Source: Aplysia californica
Taxonomy: Eukaryota
Assembly: GCF_000002075.1 (NCBI RefSeq)
Contig: NW_004797280.1
Location: forward strand, 2,022,592 to 2,086,591
Direction: 5' to 3'
Length of the DNA stretch: 64,000 nucleotides
Shown here in pieces: positions 47,601 through 58,281 of this stretch; position 1 is the first letter of the stretch; every line of letters begins with the position of its first letter. The position numbers and the translations under genes are program-made. The notes beneath the pieces were generated by a model that saw nothing but the letters and a program-made list of their open reading frames with translations, was not told where the DNA came from and did no database searches.

Positions 47601-50600
47601 TCATAACTCGCTCATTTCTCGGAGTATTTCAAAGAAACTTGGCAATCCAGTACATTTTCTACTGCAGAATCTAGTCCTGCTTTAAAATTTTTCATAGCTA
47701 TCCTATTTTTTTTTAGTTATGAAGACGTTTATAGGTAAAAATGTGGCGGTTTTCGGTGCGTTTTGAGACAATGTTTGTCATAGCTCGCCTATTTCTTGGA
47801 ATATATAAATGAAACTTGGCAGTCTAGTACATTTTTTAATGCAAAATCTAGTCATGCAGTCAGATTTTTAATATCTGTCATACTTTTTGAGTTGTAAAGA
47901 CATTAACAGGTAAAAAAAAGGCGTTCTTTACAGATTTACAAAGATTATCAGTCATATGTTCTCCCAAAGTCATGATATTTGAATGAAATTTGGCAACATA
48001 AAAGGTTCCTCCTTGCCAAGCAATGCTCTGGATCAATTTGTCACAAAAATGTAAGTAGAGAGCTGGATTTATTAGTCTAATAAATCCAGTTCTGTACTAG
48101 TAAAAGCATGCATACTTTTGTTATAGAAAATAAGATCGTCTCTGTGTATATCCATTGTTGGACAGTGTCCTATTGTGTGATAGATTAAGATGCGTTCAGA
48201 TAATATAGTTTACAAGTCATGGGAATATTTCGCATACGTAGGCTACAACTCATACAATAAATGTAACATATTTACACCCCCCCCCCACCTTCTCTCTCTC
48301 TCTATCTCTCTCTCTCTCATGCGCGCACACACACACACACACACATGCACTCGCGCGCACTCGCGCGCACTCGCGCACGCACGCGTAAAAGATAACAATG
48401 TATAAACGGGACTATCTTCCCAGACTGGACTAAATAAGTACCATACTCTTTAAAAACAATCTTAATGCCTCACTTTTCCAAACAGAGCACACAGGACGAG
48501 TCCAAGTGTGTGCTTTCCCAAGAGGGGGGAATAGGCTTCCATAACACAAACACAATACCATACCACTTCTCAAGATGTTTGCTTTTCTGTTTCTATTCTT
48601 CTGTCATGCAATCAAGCAAATAAAAATGACTACATCTATTGTATTGTGACTAAAATGCAACAAAAACGCAAGTTATCAAGGCCCCCGTTTAGTTTTCAAG
48701 TATCCTTCCCCCCCTTTCCGGTTCACATAAGCGGGACCTCATTTGTAGCGCCCGATGGATGATGACGTCACTCAGTGGTAATTTCCCAGCTGCCGGTCGT
48801 TCACCCAGCACGCGCAAATGGCAATGTCGCTTTTTCCCTTAGTTACTACAACATTTTTAAAGATTACGCAAAAACCGCTAAACACAGAACCATGAAATTT
48901 TAAGGGAATAAAGAAAAATGGTGTACAATGTATCAGTCAGTTTGACAAATCACAGCTCCGAAAAATCTTCAAAGCGCACCACTTTCGAAACGTTTTCGAC
49001 TGCTTCTTGGATGGGTACAAAGTTGTCAAACTGCATTCTACGAGATTGACCTCTTTTCTGATTGGCTGCCAAGTTTCATTCATATCCATTCACGAGAAGC
49101 GGTGTGAGAGCGAGTTGAAGACAACAACCATTGTGTTAGTGCGTCCCACAAAACACCCCCGCGGCGGGGGCCAAAAATCGGCAGAACAAAACGTGCTCGG
49201 CGGGCATTGCTACATTTAGGAAGTTTCCTCATAACTGATTATCAGAATCCTAGCCGTGCGCTCATATGACCTTGTGCAATTGCGAGCGTTATAAAACACT
49301 TACCAAATAAAAAAATTATTATCTTTTAAAAAAAGGATCCTAGCCAGTAGCCTTACACACAACTGTCTCAAGTTACCAAAGATTCCATTGCACAGAGACC
49401 CTCCACAATTTACCTGGAACGCCAAGTTCAACACACAGTCTCTCCCCAAACTCCTTAGCACATGCAATACAATCTTCCATTGTCACATCCTGGACAGGAA
49501 TGAAGGGACACACATCCATAGCACCCATTCTAGGATGTTCTCCTGCAATATAAGGTTAAAATAAAAGCAGAATGTCACACAGAGTACAACAAAATCGAAA
49601 AACATGCACAAATTTCTACATGATATACCCAGATTCTATCCCTTTCAAGAAAATACAAAATTATTCCTCCTATATTTCAAAAACCACCATGTTTTGCTTT
49701 GACTTATTACCTCCCATTTTATTACTGGCCAAAAGGAAGGGGAGGGGGCAATCATAATTCCAAAAGAAATAACAATTCCTGTTGACACAAGTTTTCTAAT
49801 AGCAATTACTCATTAAAGACCATTGCCAGAGACAAATAAAGTATTTCTCATTATGAATTTTAAAAATACAATGAAATAGACAAAGCACTATCATATATAT
49901 TTCTTTCTTTTAATACTTTGCCATCTCATCTCGCCGATCGGCAATGTTTACCACCCATTTTTTTTAAAATTTACTCCCAAAATGCCTTTGCCTTTGATGG
50001 TAAGGGTTTTTACTATATGAGCCTTGTGATGGCAAAGTGTTAAAGATAGCAGCATTTAAGTTAGTTTTTTAAAGTTTGGGTAAGTCCCTTCATAATCTTA
50101 CATCAATACAGAATAATAAGGCTATCCCTCAATAAAGACTAAGTACCTTGATGCAGCCTCATGTCAATCAACTGGTAGGCTACTCTTGCAGCGTTAATCG
50201 CTCCTTCTATAACAGCATCCGGGCTTCCCACAAAAGTGTATACAGTCCTGTTTGTTGAGGCCCCTGGGTCCACATCAAGGAGGCTGCATCCTGATGTCTG
50301 AGCTATGGCAGATGCTATAGCTTCAATAACCTGCAAAAGCCACAAATGAAGTTCGGCGCTGTTAGAAAGTAACATAGTCACATTCTCTCCCAATGACTAC
50401 TGTGAATGCCATTTCATACCACATACAAAATACAGTCGAACCTGTCATGACGGCCACCTGTACAAACGGCCACTTTCCATTTCCTCCCTTGCGTTTTTGC
50501 TGTATAATTTCACTGTGTAAAATGGTCACCTGCCTAACAGGACCAAAGCCACCCTATTTTATCTCCCAAAAACGAAAATAAAACCTATCTAAGAACGACC

Positions 50601-53600
50601 ACGCAAATTCGCCGGGCACTGTCATAAATTATGTACTGGCTCCTGACACTGGATGGGCCATGATAAAATACATTCACGTGTCATTATTGTTAGTCCCTCC
50701 AATGTTCAAAAATGTTGGGTAGGTCCCATACAGTCCCATCCACTGTCCAAGTTGACCACCGGGTAACAATAAATTTTCAGCTGCTGGTGAGGGAAGCATG
50801 AGGTCCGTCATAACCTACAAGTACAAGCCCCACCCACAACTCAAAACACAAATCATAAGTGAGGTGACCAGTCACTGTTTACCCAATCTTCAACAATAGA
50901 TGTGAACATGAACTTGCGACAGAAGTGTTGCACGATCTCCAAGACCCATTTGTTTATTTTACCTTCTCTTCCTCGTCTGACTTTTACTTTTCTGATCCTG
51001 TAAAATTTAAACTTTATTACAGCAGTCGCAGGACATCATCCCTCTGCGTAAACAAAAATGCTTGATAACAACATCACTGTAGAAATGTTACCCAAGCCTG
51101 CAACCAACTCCAGTTTGGAACTCAGAAGAGAACGTTTGACAAAAACAATAAAACTCCCTTCCCCTCATCATCATCTGGTGCCTTGCCGACTGGTGTGGGC
51201 GGTCACGGACCTCCACTTCACTCTGTCTTGCGTTGCAGCAATCGTGTCTTGTTCTTGCTGCTCCTAGCCATGTTGTCCAGTATTTTTTTTCCTTCTGTCT
51301 GCCTCTGCCTCTCTTTCCATCAAACTTGCCTGTTGTTACAATATTCTCCATGGCTTCTTTCCGCATTGTGTGTCCCTTCCCCTACCACCCCCCAAACCCC
51401 CCCCACAAAACAACAATAACAACAAAGCAAAACCAGCAACAACACCCTTACAGCAGTCCAGCCTAAAACTACCTCCGACTGAGACCTCGGAAGGGAATGG
51501 TTTACCAAGTTTTCTCCATTTTCATCAGTCCTGCCTAAGACGGCCACCTAGCTTGTCTTAGAGTGATATTACTAAGATTTATTTGATCATCAGAATCACA
51601 TATATAGGCCTAGGGTGGTCCCCATTACCAGCACCTATTTCAAAAAGATTTTCAAAATAATAATGTCTTGTAAAACATGCTGTTTTCCAATTTAGTCTCA
51701 GGCAGGCCGGTTTCTCGCTCATCACTGTAGATCTAGTTGCTAGGTATATATGGGTAGTTTTACGCGCCACCAGTGGCAAGGGTTCAGTTAAAAACCATTA
51801 AATATTTTTAAAACTATCTAATTTGCAACAGAAAAGAAATCAATTCGTGTTCAGCACATCCATATAATTAGGCCATAGGTCTGGGGTAAATTTTTACTTT
51901 CACTTCCGCACACAGATGCACCGCTACAGGGGTCAAACTGCGTATCGTTTGCTGCAGATCACACATGATATTTAATAAAAAGCCACTAAAACTGTTGAAA
52001 ATCAATTATTTTCAAGAAAATTTCAAAACATGCCCCCCTGTAACCCCCCAGATTTTCTTTTACCCAGGCCTCCCTGGAACCCCCCGATTGGTCCAAAGCA
52101 CGTCTATCTCGATTTAGAAAAATCAAATATTTAAAAAACTAGGCTATTAATTTGTGATGGAAGTGAAGTTGATATTCATGTTCAGCCCATAAATATTCAG
52201 TAGAAAATGGCCATAACTCATGGTAGCAAGTGTGAGATGGGAGTGAAAGTTAAAAAAATGCCCTATATGGACATCTAACATAGATCTAATCTAATCTAGT
52301 CGAGTAGCTGGCCCAACCCACGACCACTTGTCGTATTTTGCTTCTCAGCGGTCTCTCTCGGCAGAATAGGTCAGGCAATCCATGTTCAGGGGCGCTTCAG
52401 TATGTAGCAATGACCACGAAAAACCTTTTTTTGCCAGAAAGCGTTTGCAAATAGGTACATTTTGTAGCTTTATCTTCACAGAGCATGGAACTTTTTGAAT
52501 TTTTTAAATCCATCAATAAATAAAAAAGTTACAAATTTTTTAATCAATTAATTTTTAGTACACTTTTATATATAATGGAAAAAAAACAAAATATGGTACG
52601 ATCTTTGGTGAGTTTTGAGACAATATTCGTCATAACTCGCTCATTTCTCAGAGTATTTAAAAGAAACTTGGAAACCCAGTACATTTTCTACTGCAGAATC
52701 TAGTCCTGCTTTCAGATTTTTCATAGCTATCCTATTTTTTGAGTTATGAAGATGTTTATAGGTAAAAATGTGGCGGTTTTCTGTGCGTTTTGAGACAATA
52801 TTTGTCATAGCTCGCCTATTTCTTGGAATATGTAAATGAAACTTGGCAGTCTAGTACATTTTTTAATGCAGAATCTAGTCATGCAGTCAGATTTTTAATA
52901 TCTGTCATACTTTTTGAGTTGTAAAGACATTAACAGGTAAAAAAAAGGCGTTCTTTACAGATTTACAAAGATTATCAGTCATATGTTCTCTCAAAGTCAT
53001 GATATTTGAATGAAACTTGGTAACATAAAAGGTTCCTCCTTGCCAAGCAATGCTCTGGTTCAATTTGTCACAAAAATGTAAGTAGAGAACTGGATATTAG
53101 TCTAATAAATCCAGCTCTGTACTAGTAAAAGCATGCATACTTGTTATAGAAAATAAGATCGTCTCTGTGTATATCCATTGTTGGACGGTGTCCTATTGTG
53201 TGGTAGATTAAGATTCGTTTAGATAATATAGTTTACAAGTCATGGGAATATTTCGCATGTGTAGGCTACAATTCATACAATAAATCTTACATATTTACAC
53301 ACCCCTTCTCTCTCTCTCTCTCTCTCTCTCACGCGCGCGCACACAGCCAAAAAAACACATCCACGCGCAGCGTACTCACGCATGCACGCATGAACGATAA
53401 CAATGTATAAACGGGACTATCTTCCCAGACTGGACTAAATAAGTACCATACTCTTTAATAACAATCTTAATGCCTCACTTTTCCAAACAGAGCACACAGG
53501 ACGAGTCGAATTGTGTGCTTTCCCAAGAGGGAGGAATAGGCTTTCATAACGCAAACACAATGCCATACCACTTCTCAAGATGTTTGCTTTTCTGTTTCTA

Positions 53601-55202
53601 TTCTTCTGTCATGCAATCAAGCAAATAAAAATGACTACATCTATTGTATTGTGACAAAAATGCAACATAAACGCAAGTTATCAAGGTCCCCGTTTAGTTT
53701 TCAAGTATCCTTCCCCCCCTTTCCGGTTCACATAAGCGGACCTCGTTTGTAGCGCAGGAGGCGACCGATGGCTGATGACGTCACTCCACGCGCAAATGGC
53801 AATGCCACTTTTTCCCTTAGCTACTCCCACATTTTTAAAGATTACGCGAAAACCGTTGAACACAGAAGCTTGAAATTTTAACGGAATAAAGAAAAATGGT
53901 GTACAACGTATCAGTCACTTTGACAAATCACAGCTCCGAAAAATCTTCAAAGCGCACCACATCAACCACTTTCGCAAACGTTTTCGACTGCTTCTAGGAT
54001 GGGTACAATGTTGTCAAACTGCGTACTACGAAATTGACCTCTTTTCTGATTGGCTGCCAAGTTTCATTCATATCCATTCACGAGAAGTGGCGTGAGAGCG
54101 AGTTGAAGACAACAGTTAACCTTTGCGTTAGTGCGTCCCACGAAACACCCCCGCTGCGGGGGCCAAAAATCGGCAGAACAAAACGCGCTCGGTGGGCATT
54201 GCTACAGTATGTCAACTTCCGGTTTATACCAGGATATCGTCACTCATTCCAAAACATCATTCGCAGATTTCGCATTGTAACATTTTAATGTTCTGCCCTT
54301 GGGGCGACCACACGCCGTCAGCGCGACCGCATACGGAACGGGGCGGGACCATGTGCGCACAGACATAACAGGTGCAAGAAAGTTGTTAGTACACTATTTA
54401 AAGGTTAGTATAGCCTAATAATTTCTTGAGCAAATTATGATGAAAACAATTATCTTATAATAAACGAGGGTATAGAGACAAGTGGTCGCGGGTTGGGCCA
54501 GCTACTCTCTAATTTTGAAACTGAAGAAAACTTAATAAAGAATGTTTCTGATGCCTTTCACTCCGAACTCTACTGCTGCACTAGCAGACGACTGACGTTC
54601 TCGGAAAAGGATAGACCAAAAGTGGAACTAGACAAGGCATGTAACTCTATAAAACAGATTGTACACGAGCTGCACAAAAGGAAAAATGGGGATTCTAACT
54701 GGTCGCGCTCGGGGCACGGTCACGCCAATGGCAGATGTCTCTAGATCTAGACTCTAGATCTAGATCTAGATCTAGATAGATCTACTATGTGTCTGAGATG
54801 GGAGGGGAAGTAAAAGAATACCCAGACACTAAGACAGCACACTATTCATATTGAACTGACATGAACTGACAAGAAAGCCTAATTCTAGAGTCTTGGCTTT
54901 GGTTTATGACGAGCTAGGTACCCCTGCTCTGTGCTGGAGACAGCCGGTGCCGGACAGTGTCCTTGGCCTAGGCTAATTAGATTTAGATTCTAGATTTCTA
55001 GATCTAGATCTAGATCTAGATATCTATATCTAGATATCTAGATATATATATTCTAGATCTAATCTAAGTATCTTGATTTGTGTGTGCTTTGCCAAAGTTT
55101 TATTTAAGATGTATTTCGTTATTTAAATTTAGTAAGTAGTAAGCCTACCTCTTTATTTCTGCCCTCGGAGAAATTTGGTACGCATTCAACGATTCGTGGC
55201 AT
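32558..55202 (-). CDS. FTCD: Formimidoyltransferase-cyclodeaminase; whole gene span, 14 coding exons, 1623 nt, 540 aa
   Basis: complement(join(55149-55202,50147-50330,49414-49542,45277-45365,44387-44566,41702-41839,39666-39797,38918-38979,37026-37152,36301-36462,35084-35127,34078-34216,33442-33537,32558-32644)). Motifs [73 protein letters not shown]; all introns GT-AG with consistent phases. Confidence 0.97.
33442..33537 (-). CDS. FTCD: FTCD exon 13
   Basis: [16 protein letters not shown]. Confidence 0.95.
33967..34035. mobile_element. Minimal Tc1/mariner MITE (69 bp)
   Basis: TA|CAGTCAAAC...GTTTGACTG|TA. Confidence 0.6.
34078..34216 (-). CDS. FTCD: FTCD exon 12
   Basis: AVQVPM...[10 protein letters not shown]. 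Confidence 0.95.
35084..35127 (-). CDS. FTCD: FTCD exon 11
   Basis: [15 protein letters not shown], 44 nt, phase-consistent. Confidence 0.9.
36301..36462 (-). CDS. FTCD: FTCD exon 10
   Basis: GAALGSMVG...MRRLIPP...DADAAAF. Confidence 0.95.
37026..37152 (-). CDS. FTCD: FTCD exon 9
   Basis: [15 protein letters not shown]. Confidence 0.95.
37430..37830 (-). mobile_element. SINE/retroposon family B
   Basis: Homologous to 43198-43590; shared hairpin tail; (CTAAAA)n end. Confidence 0.75.
38178..38889. mobile_element. piggyBac-type non-autonomous element
   Basis: TTAA|CACATTACACCCTA...TAGGGTGTAATGTG|TTAA. Confidence 0.8.
38918..38979 (-). CDS. FTCD: FTCD exon 8
   Basis: [21 protein letters not shown]. 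Confidence 0.95.
39121..39357. mobile_element. piggyBac-type MITE (about 240 bp)
   Basis: TTAA TSD; perfect TIR CCCTATCCGTACG. Confidence 0.85.
39666..39797 (-). CDS. FTCD: FTCD exon 7
   Basis: [12 protein letters not shown]...[14 protein letters not shown]. Confidence 0.96.
40775..41653. mobile_element. Tc1/mariner (pogo/Tigger-like) MITE, about 880 bp
   Basis: TA|CAGTTGAACCTG...CAGGTTCGACTG|TA. Confidence 0.85.
41702..41839 (-). CDS. FTCD: FTCD exon 6
   Basis: [23 protein letters not shown]. Confidence 0.96.
42208..43174. mobile_element. piggyBac-type non-autonomous element
   Basis: TTAA|CTCATTCGCTACG...CGTAGCGAATGAG|TCAA; internal 51-bp tandem duplication at about 42330-42425. Confidence 0.75.
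43198..43590 (-). mobile_element. SINE/retroposon family B
   Basis: Homologous to 37430-37830; explains the paralogous spurious ORFs 37546-37758 and 43308-43565. Confidence 0.75.
43795..44122 (-). mobile_element. CORE-type tRNA-derived SINE
   Basis: Reverse complement has a tRNA-like head, cttgggaaaggcactttacac, tcactcaggtgggaatgggtacc and an L2-like tail; related to 27425-27670. Confidence 0.65.
44387..44566 (-). CDS. FTCD: FTCD exon 5
   Basis: WRPDYG...[14 protein letters not shown]. Confidence 0.96.
44755..44948 (+). mobile_element. Short tRNA-derived SINE (family D); second degraded copy at about 3095-3290
   Basis: A/B-box-like gtaatggttagg / gagttcaattacc; ccctgacaggcagagt shared with 3221-3237; A tail. 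Confidence 0.6.
45277..45365 (-). CDS. FTCD: FTCD exon 4
   Basis: VYLYA...[15 protein letters not shown]. Confidence 0.95.
45940..47376 (+). mobile_element. RTE-clade LINE, 5' portion with internal deletion, frameshifted pseudo-ORF (endonuclease C-terminus to RT start)
   Basis: RTE 5' motif gcatgtcgtagaaggcgactaa; [16 protein letters not shown]; KNRFQVL; RWKEH; [23 protein letters not shown]; cut off by the DNA transposon at 47377. Confidence 0.9.
47377..49212. mobile_element. Non-autonomous DNA transposon, TAGCAATG...CATTGCTA termini, copy 1 (FTCD intron 3)
   Basis: Near-identical to 52405-54204; imperfect TIRs; internal 177-bp repeats; no transposase ORF. Confidence 0.85.
49414..49542 (-). 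CDS. FTCD: FTCD exon 3
   Basis: [16 protein letters not shown]. Confidence 0.96.
50147..50330 (-). CDS. FTCD: FTCD exon 2
   Basis: VIEAIA...[19 protein letters not shown]. Confidence 0.96.
50433..51552. mobile_element. Truncated pogo/Tigger-like element
   Basis: TA|CAGTCGAACCTGTC start and repeated acggccac subterminal motifs; right end uncertain. Confidence 0.5.
51160..51370 (-). mobile_element. RTE-like LINE 3' end
   Basis: [24 protein letters not shown]; (GAT)n tail. Confidence 0.7.
52405..54204. mobile_element. Non-autonomous DNA transposon, TAGCAATG...CATTGCTA termini, copy 2 (FTCD intron 1)
   Basis: Perfect 7-bp flanking duplication CAGTATG (52398-52404 and 54205-54211). Confidence 0.88.
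54739..55045. repeat. (AGATCT)n palindromic hexamer arrays (54739-54784 and 54978-55045)
   Basis: Directly visible. Confidence 0.9.
55149..55202 (-). CDS. FTCD: FTCD exon 1 ([18 protein letters not shown])
   Basis: Kozak-like caccATG; |gtaggc donor. Confidence 0.95.
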
Positions 55203-55818
55203 GGTGATTTCTGATAGCTACTTAGCAGAGAGAAGGAAAAAGTCGTGCAGGCAGATGCAGGGAGCTTCCTCCCAGATTTGAAGATGAACTGGCGATAAGG
55301 CACAGCTTTAGTAAGTGGGGCAAGGCTGTCTCCAGCAGTCAGCAGTCAGCTGTGCAGACTCCCAAGAGGAAGCACACCCGGTATGTAGAAAACGTCACCA
55401 CGCTTTGCGCACCTTCCTTGACGATATTGATGACGCGCTAATCTATGCTGTCTACGTTTACTCAAGTCATCCATATTGGTTGTTTTCATAGGTCGAAGTT
55501 GAAAAATACACACAGTGGTCCTCAGATTCACTGTCGGCATTTGTAAGGAAACCTCATTTTTTTTGCTTCAATTTCTCTTTTTTTTTGATGTCCTGTACTC
55601 ATCATGATGTTCACAGGATTTCTTCATGTATTTAGATCTAGATATCTAAATCTAGTGGCATAGTCCTGAATTATGAATGAATAGACTGAATAGTTACTTT
55701 AACTTAGACTTAGCCAAGCTAATTTAGTGACTGTGTGTGTACTGTGTAGTGTAATGTAACAGAGAAGTATAATATTGGCGCAGTCATGCACTCATGCACG
55801 GCTACAGGTTACAGTGAG

Positions 55819-55915
55819 AGATCTAGATCTAGATCTAGATCTAGCCTAGATAAATCTAGACTCTAGATCTAGATCTAGATCTAGTTCTTGATCTAGATCT
55901 AGATCTAGATCTAGA
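55819..55915. repeat. (AGATCT)n palindromic hexamer array
   Basis: Directly visible. Confidence 0.9.
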
Positions 55916-56334
55916 CTTAGTTAGGAAGTGGCTATTTTCATCGTGGGTGAGAATAAGAATACGATCGACCTCTCACCCTGGGCCTGGCAGGTGAGACTTG
56001 CCAGCGTTGGCTATTCTCGCCCAGTGTGTGAAGAAACACATGCCCTTACAAACAGAACGTCAACATCATGCGTTACTCGTCCACGTTTCTGGTGAAATGC
56101 CAAACCGCACGTTTAGTTTCGTTTTCACTTCTGCAGCCGTGTGTTTACTTTTGTTTTTTGCTTTCACAACAGTAGCATCACAGTCACCTCCGCCGACTCC
56201 TTTGTTGACGTAATATATATCATGGCTCACAGACATCTCTCTCTCTCTCTCTCCCCCACTCTTTCTCCGTGTCTCCCAAAGTAAGGTAACAAATGAAAAA
56301 GTCCCCATTTTGTGACATTTTATTACGACTTAAT

Positions 56335-56492
56335 TCTTCTTCTTCTCCTTCCTCCTTAGGTTCTCCTTCTATTTCTTCTTCTTTGTTCTCCTCCTCCTCT
56401 TCCACCTGCTCCTCCTCTTCCTCATTCTTCTTCTTCTTCTTCCTCATGCTTCTTCTTCTTTTTCTTCTTCTTCTTCTTCGATTTTTTCTTCT
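56335..56492. repeat. (CTT/CCT)n low-complexity tract
   Basis: Directly visible; produces spurious K/E/R-rich ORFs. Confidence 0.9.
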
Positions 56493-57081
56493 CTGAATGC
56501 TCCAAACCCGCTGTGAGAAGACTGTCAAAGGCGTGAGACCGAAACCGGGAATTCCCAGAGTACTGTAATCCTAACTTAATGTATTCATGGGTCAATGCTT
56601 CAGCCAATCGTAGCCCTGTTTATGCCCTCTGTGTAGTCGCATCAAAGATTCTCCAGTAGTGGAGTTAACCTTTGGTCGCATGTCAATTAGTCCTAGGGCG
56701 ACAAGGCTATATTTAGCATTGTTGACATCAACCTTCATTGTTCTCTGACCTCTCGCATAAAGGTATGATACTTCACCGAAAGCACTTACGAGTAACGCAT
56801 GCGCAAAACTAAAAGCCATGTTGACGTTCTGTCTGTAAGGGCATATATATGTATGAAACACAAGCAGATAGAGAGAACGTTAGGTTAGGAGTACGCCATT
56901 GACTAATTATTTATAGTACTAACTGCTATCTTGTTTGTCATTTATTATATAGTGTTCTTCATTCTGTCAATTTAAAGAAGTTCCAGACGTACTGTCTCAC
57001 TGTCTGATCTTGAAAAAAAATGTGGAGTAAAAAATGAAAGCTTTTTTTTTCCATTTTAGCAAAGTGTTGATAATGATAATG

Positions 57082-58281
57082 TAGCAATGCCAATGAAAAT
57101 TTTCTTTTTAGCTTTATAATTTTTTAATTTGGTCATAGGAAAGAGTTTTCAGTTCTAAGAACTGTGCTTTTTGAATTTTAAGAATCGATTCCTAAATAAA
57201 AAAGTTATGGGGTTATAAAAGTCGGCAAAATATGGATGACCCAAAATACTCAGTGGACCACGTAGTAGCAGATGCTGTAAGAAAATCGACGATATCTCAG
57301 TAATTAATTGGAGTGTTAGAGAAAAACTTGGCTACCGAATGTGTTTTTGGGTGGAGAAATCATTTCTGCAGTCAGATTTACTAACCATTTCGTAGTTATT
57401 TTGAAATAATTAAAATTTTGGTGTACATATTTCGATGCGAAAAAGGTGTGATAAATAGCATTGTATTTATATTACAACAAGGGATCTGTCAGAATTTGTT
57501 GGCAGCGTGATTTAGTAATGGCAAAGCTTTCTTTGATGAATTTATACCATGCAAACCATAATATGTAATTAAACTTTCAGAATTTGTTGGCAGCGTGATT
57601 TAGTAATGGCAAAGCTTTCTTTGATGACTTTATACCATGCAAACCATAATATGTGTAATTAAATTCAATTAAAAACCCTTTTTTCTCTTTGGGACGTGAA
57701 CACCCCAAAGCGAGATCAACTTGCCTCGGAATCCCATTGCGATGTTACAGGGGAACAGAGAGAAAAACAACCGGATGCGCCCGCCCTCCATTTCCCAAGT
57801 GACCAATGAACGGGCTCGGAATAGTCATGAGGGGATTTGTAGGTCACACGCATTTTGCCTAGAGGGAGTGAGGGGAAAATGGCTGGTCTCCATGTGAAGC
57901 CGCTTTGGACAGAGGGGTAGTCGTGCATTTATGATAAATTCTGCACAACTACTTGACACAGAAGGTTCAAATTTGAACACCCTATAGAGGAAAGATGGAT
58001 CTCTTACCATCTCGGCGTCGAATACCGAACTCCTTATTGTTTTCGGTGTACCGGATACGCAAGTGTTTCCGACACCAAAAGTATTATGAGTACGAACTTC
58101 GACTTCCACATATCATTAGTTTGCCCTAATTGGTTGCCAAGTTTCATTCACATTGGTCCAGAAACAGCGCAGAATGAACTCGAGAAACTTAGTCTCGCTG
58201 TCGTTCCGACCCGGTCCAAAAATTCACCCACAAACGGGGACCAAATTTTCGCCGCGCTGGGAAGTTCGATTGGCATTGCTA
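57082..58281. mobile_element. Related TAGCAATG-type element (different body)
   Basis: 13-bp perfect TIR TAGCAATGCCAAT; flanks GATAATG/GATAATA; shares attgg(c/t)tgccaagtttcattca with copies 1 and 2. Confidence 0.8.
57489..57662. repeat. About 88-bp near-perfect tandem duplication
   Basis: tcagaatttgttggcagcgtgatttag...taattaaa x2. Confidence 0.9.

Noticed and set aside
56220-56607. K/R/E-rich ORFs (102, 67 and 61 aa)
   Set aside because: Translations of a (CTT/CCT)n tract; no splice or homology support.
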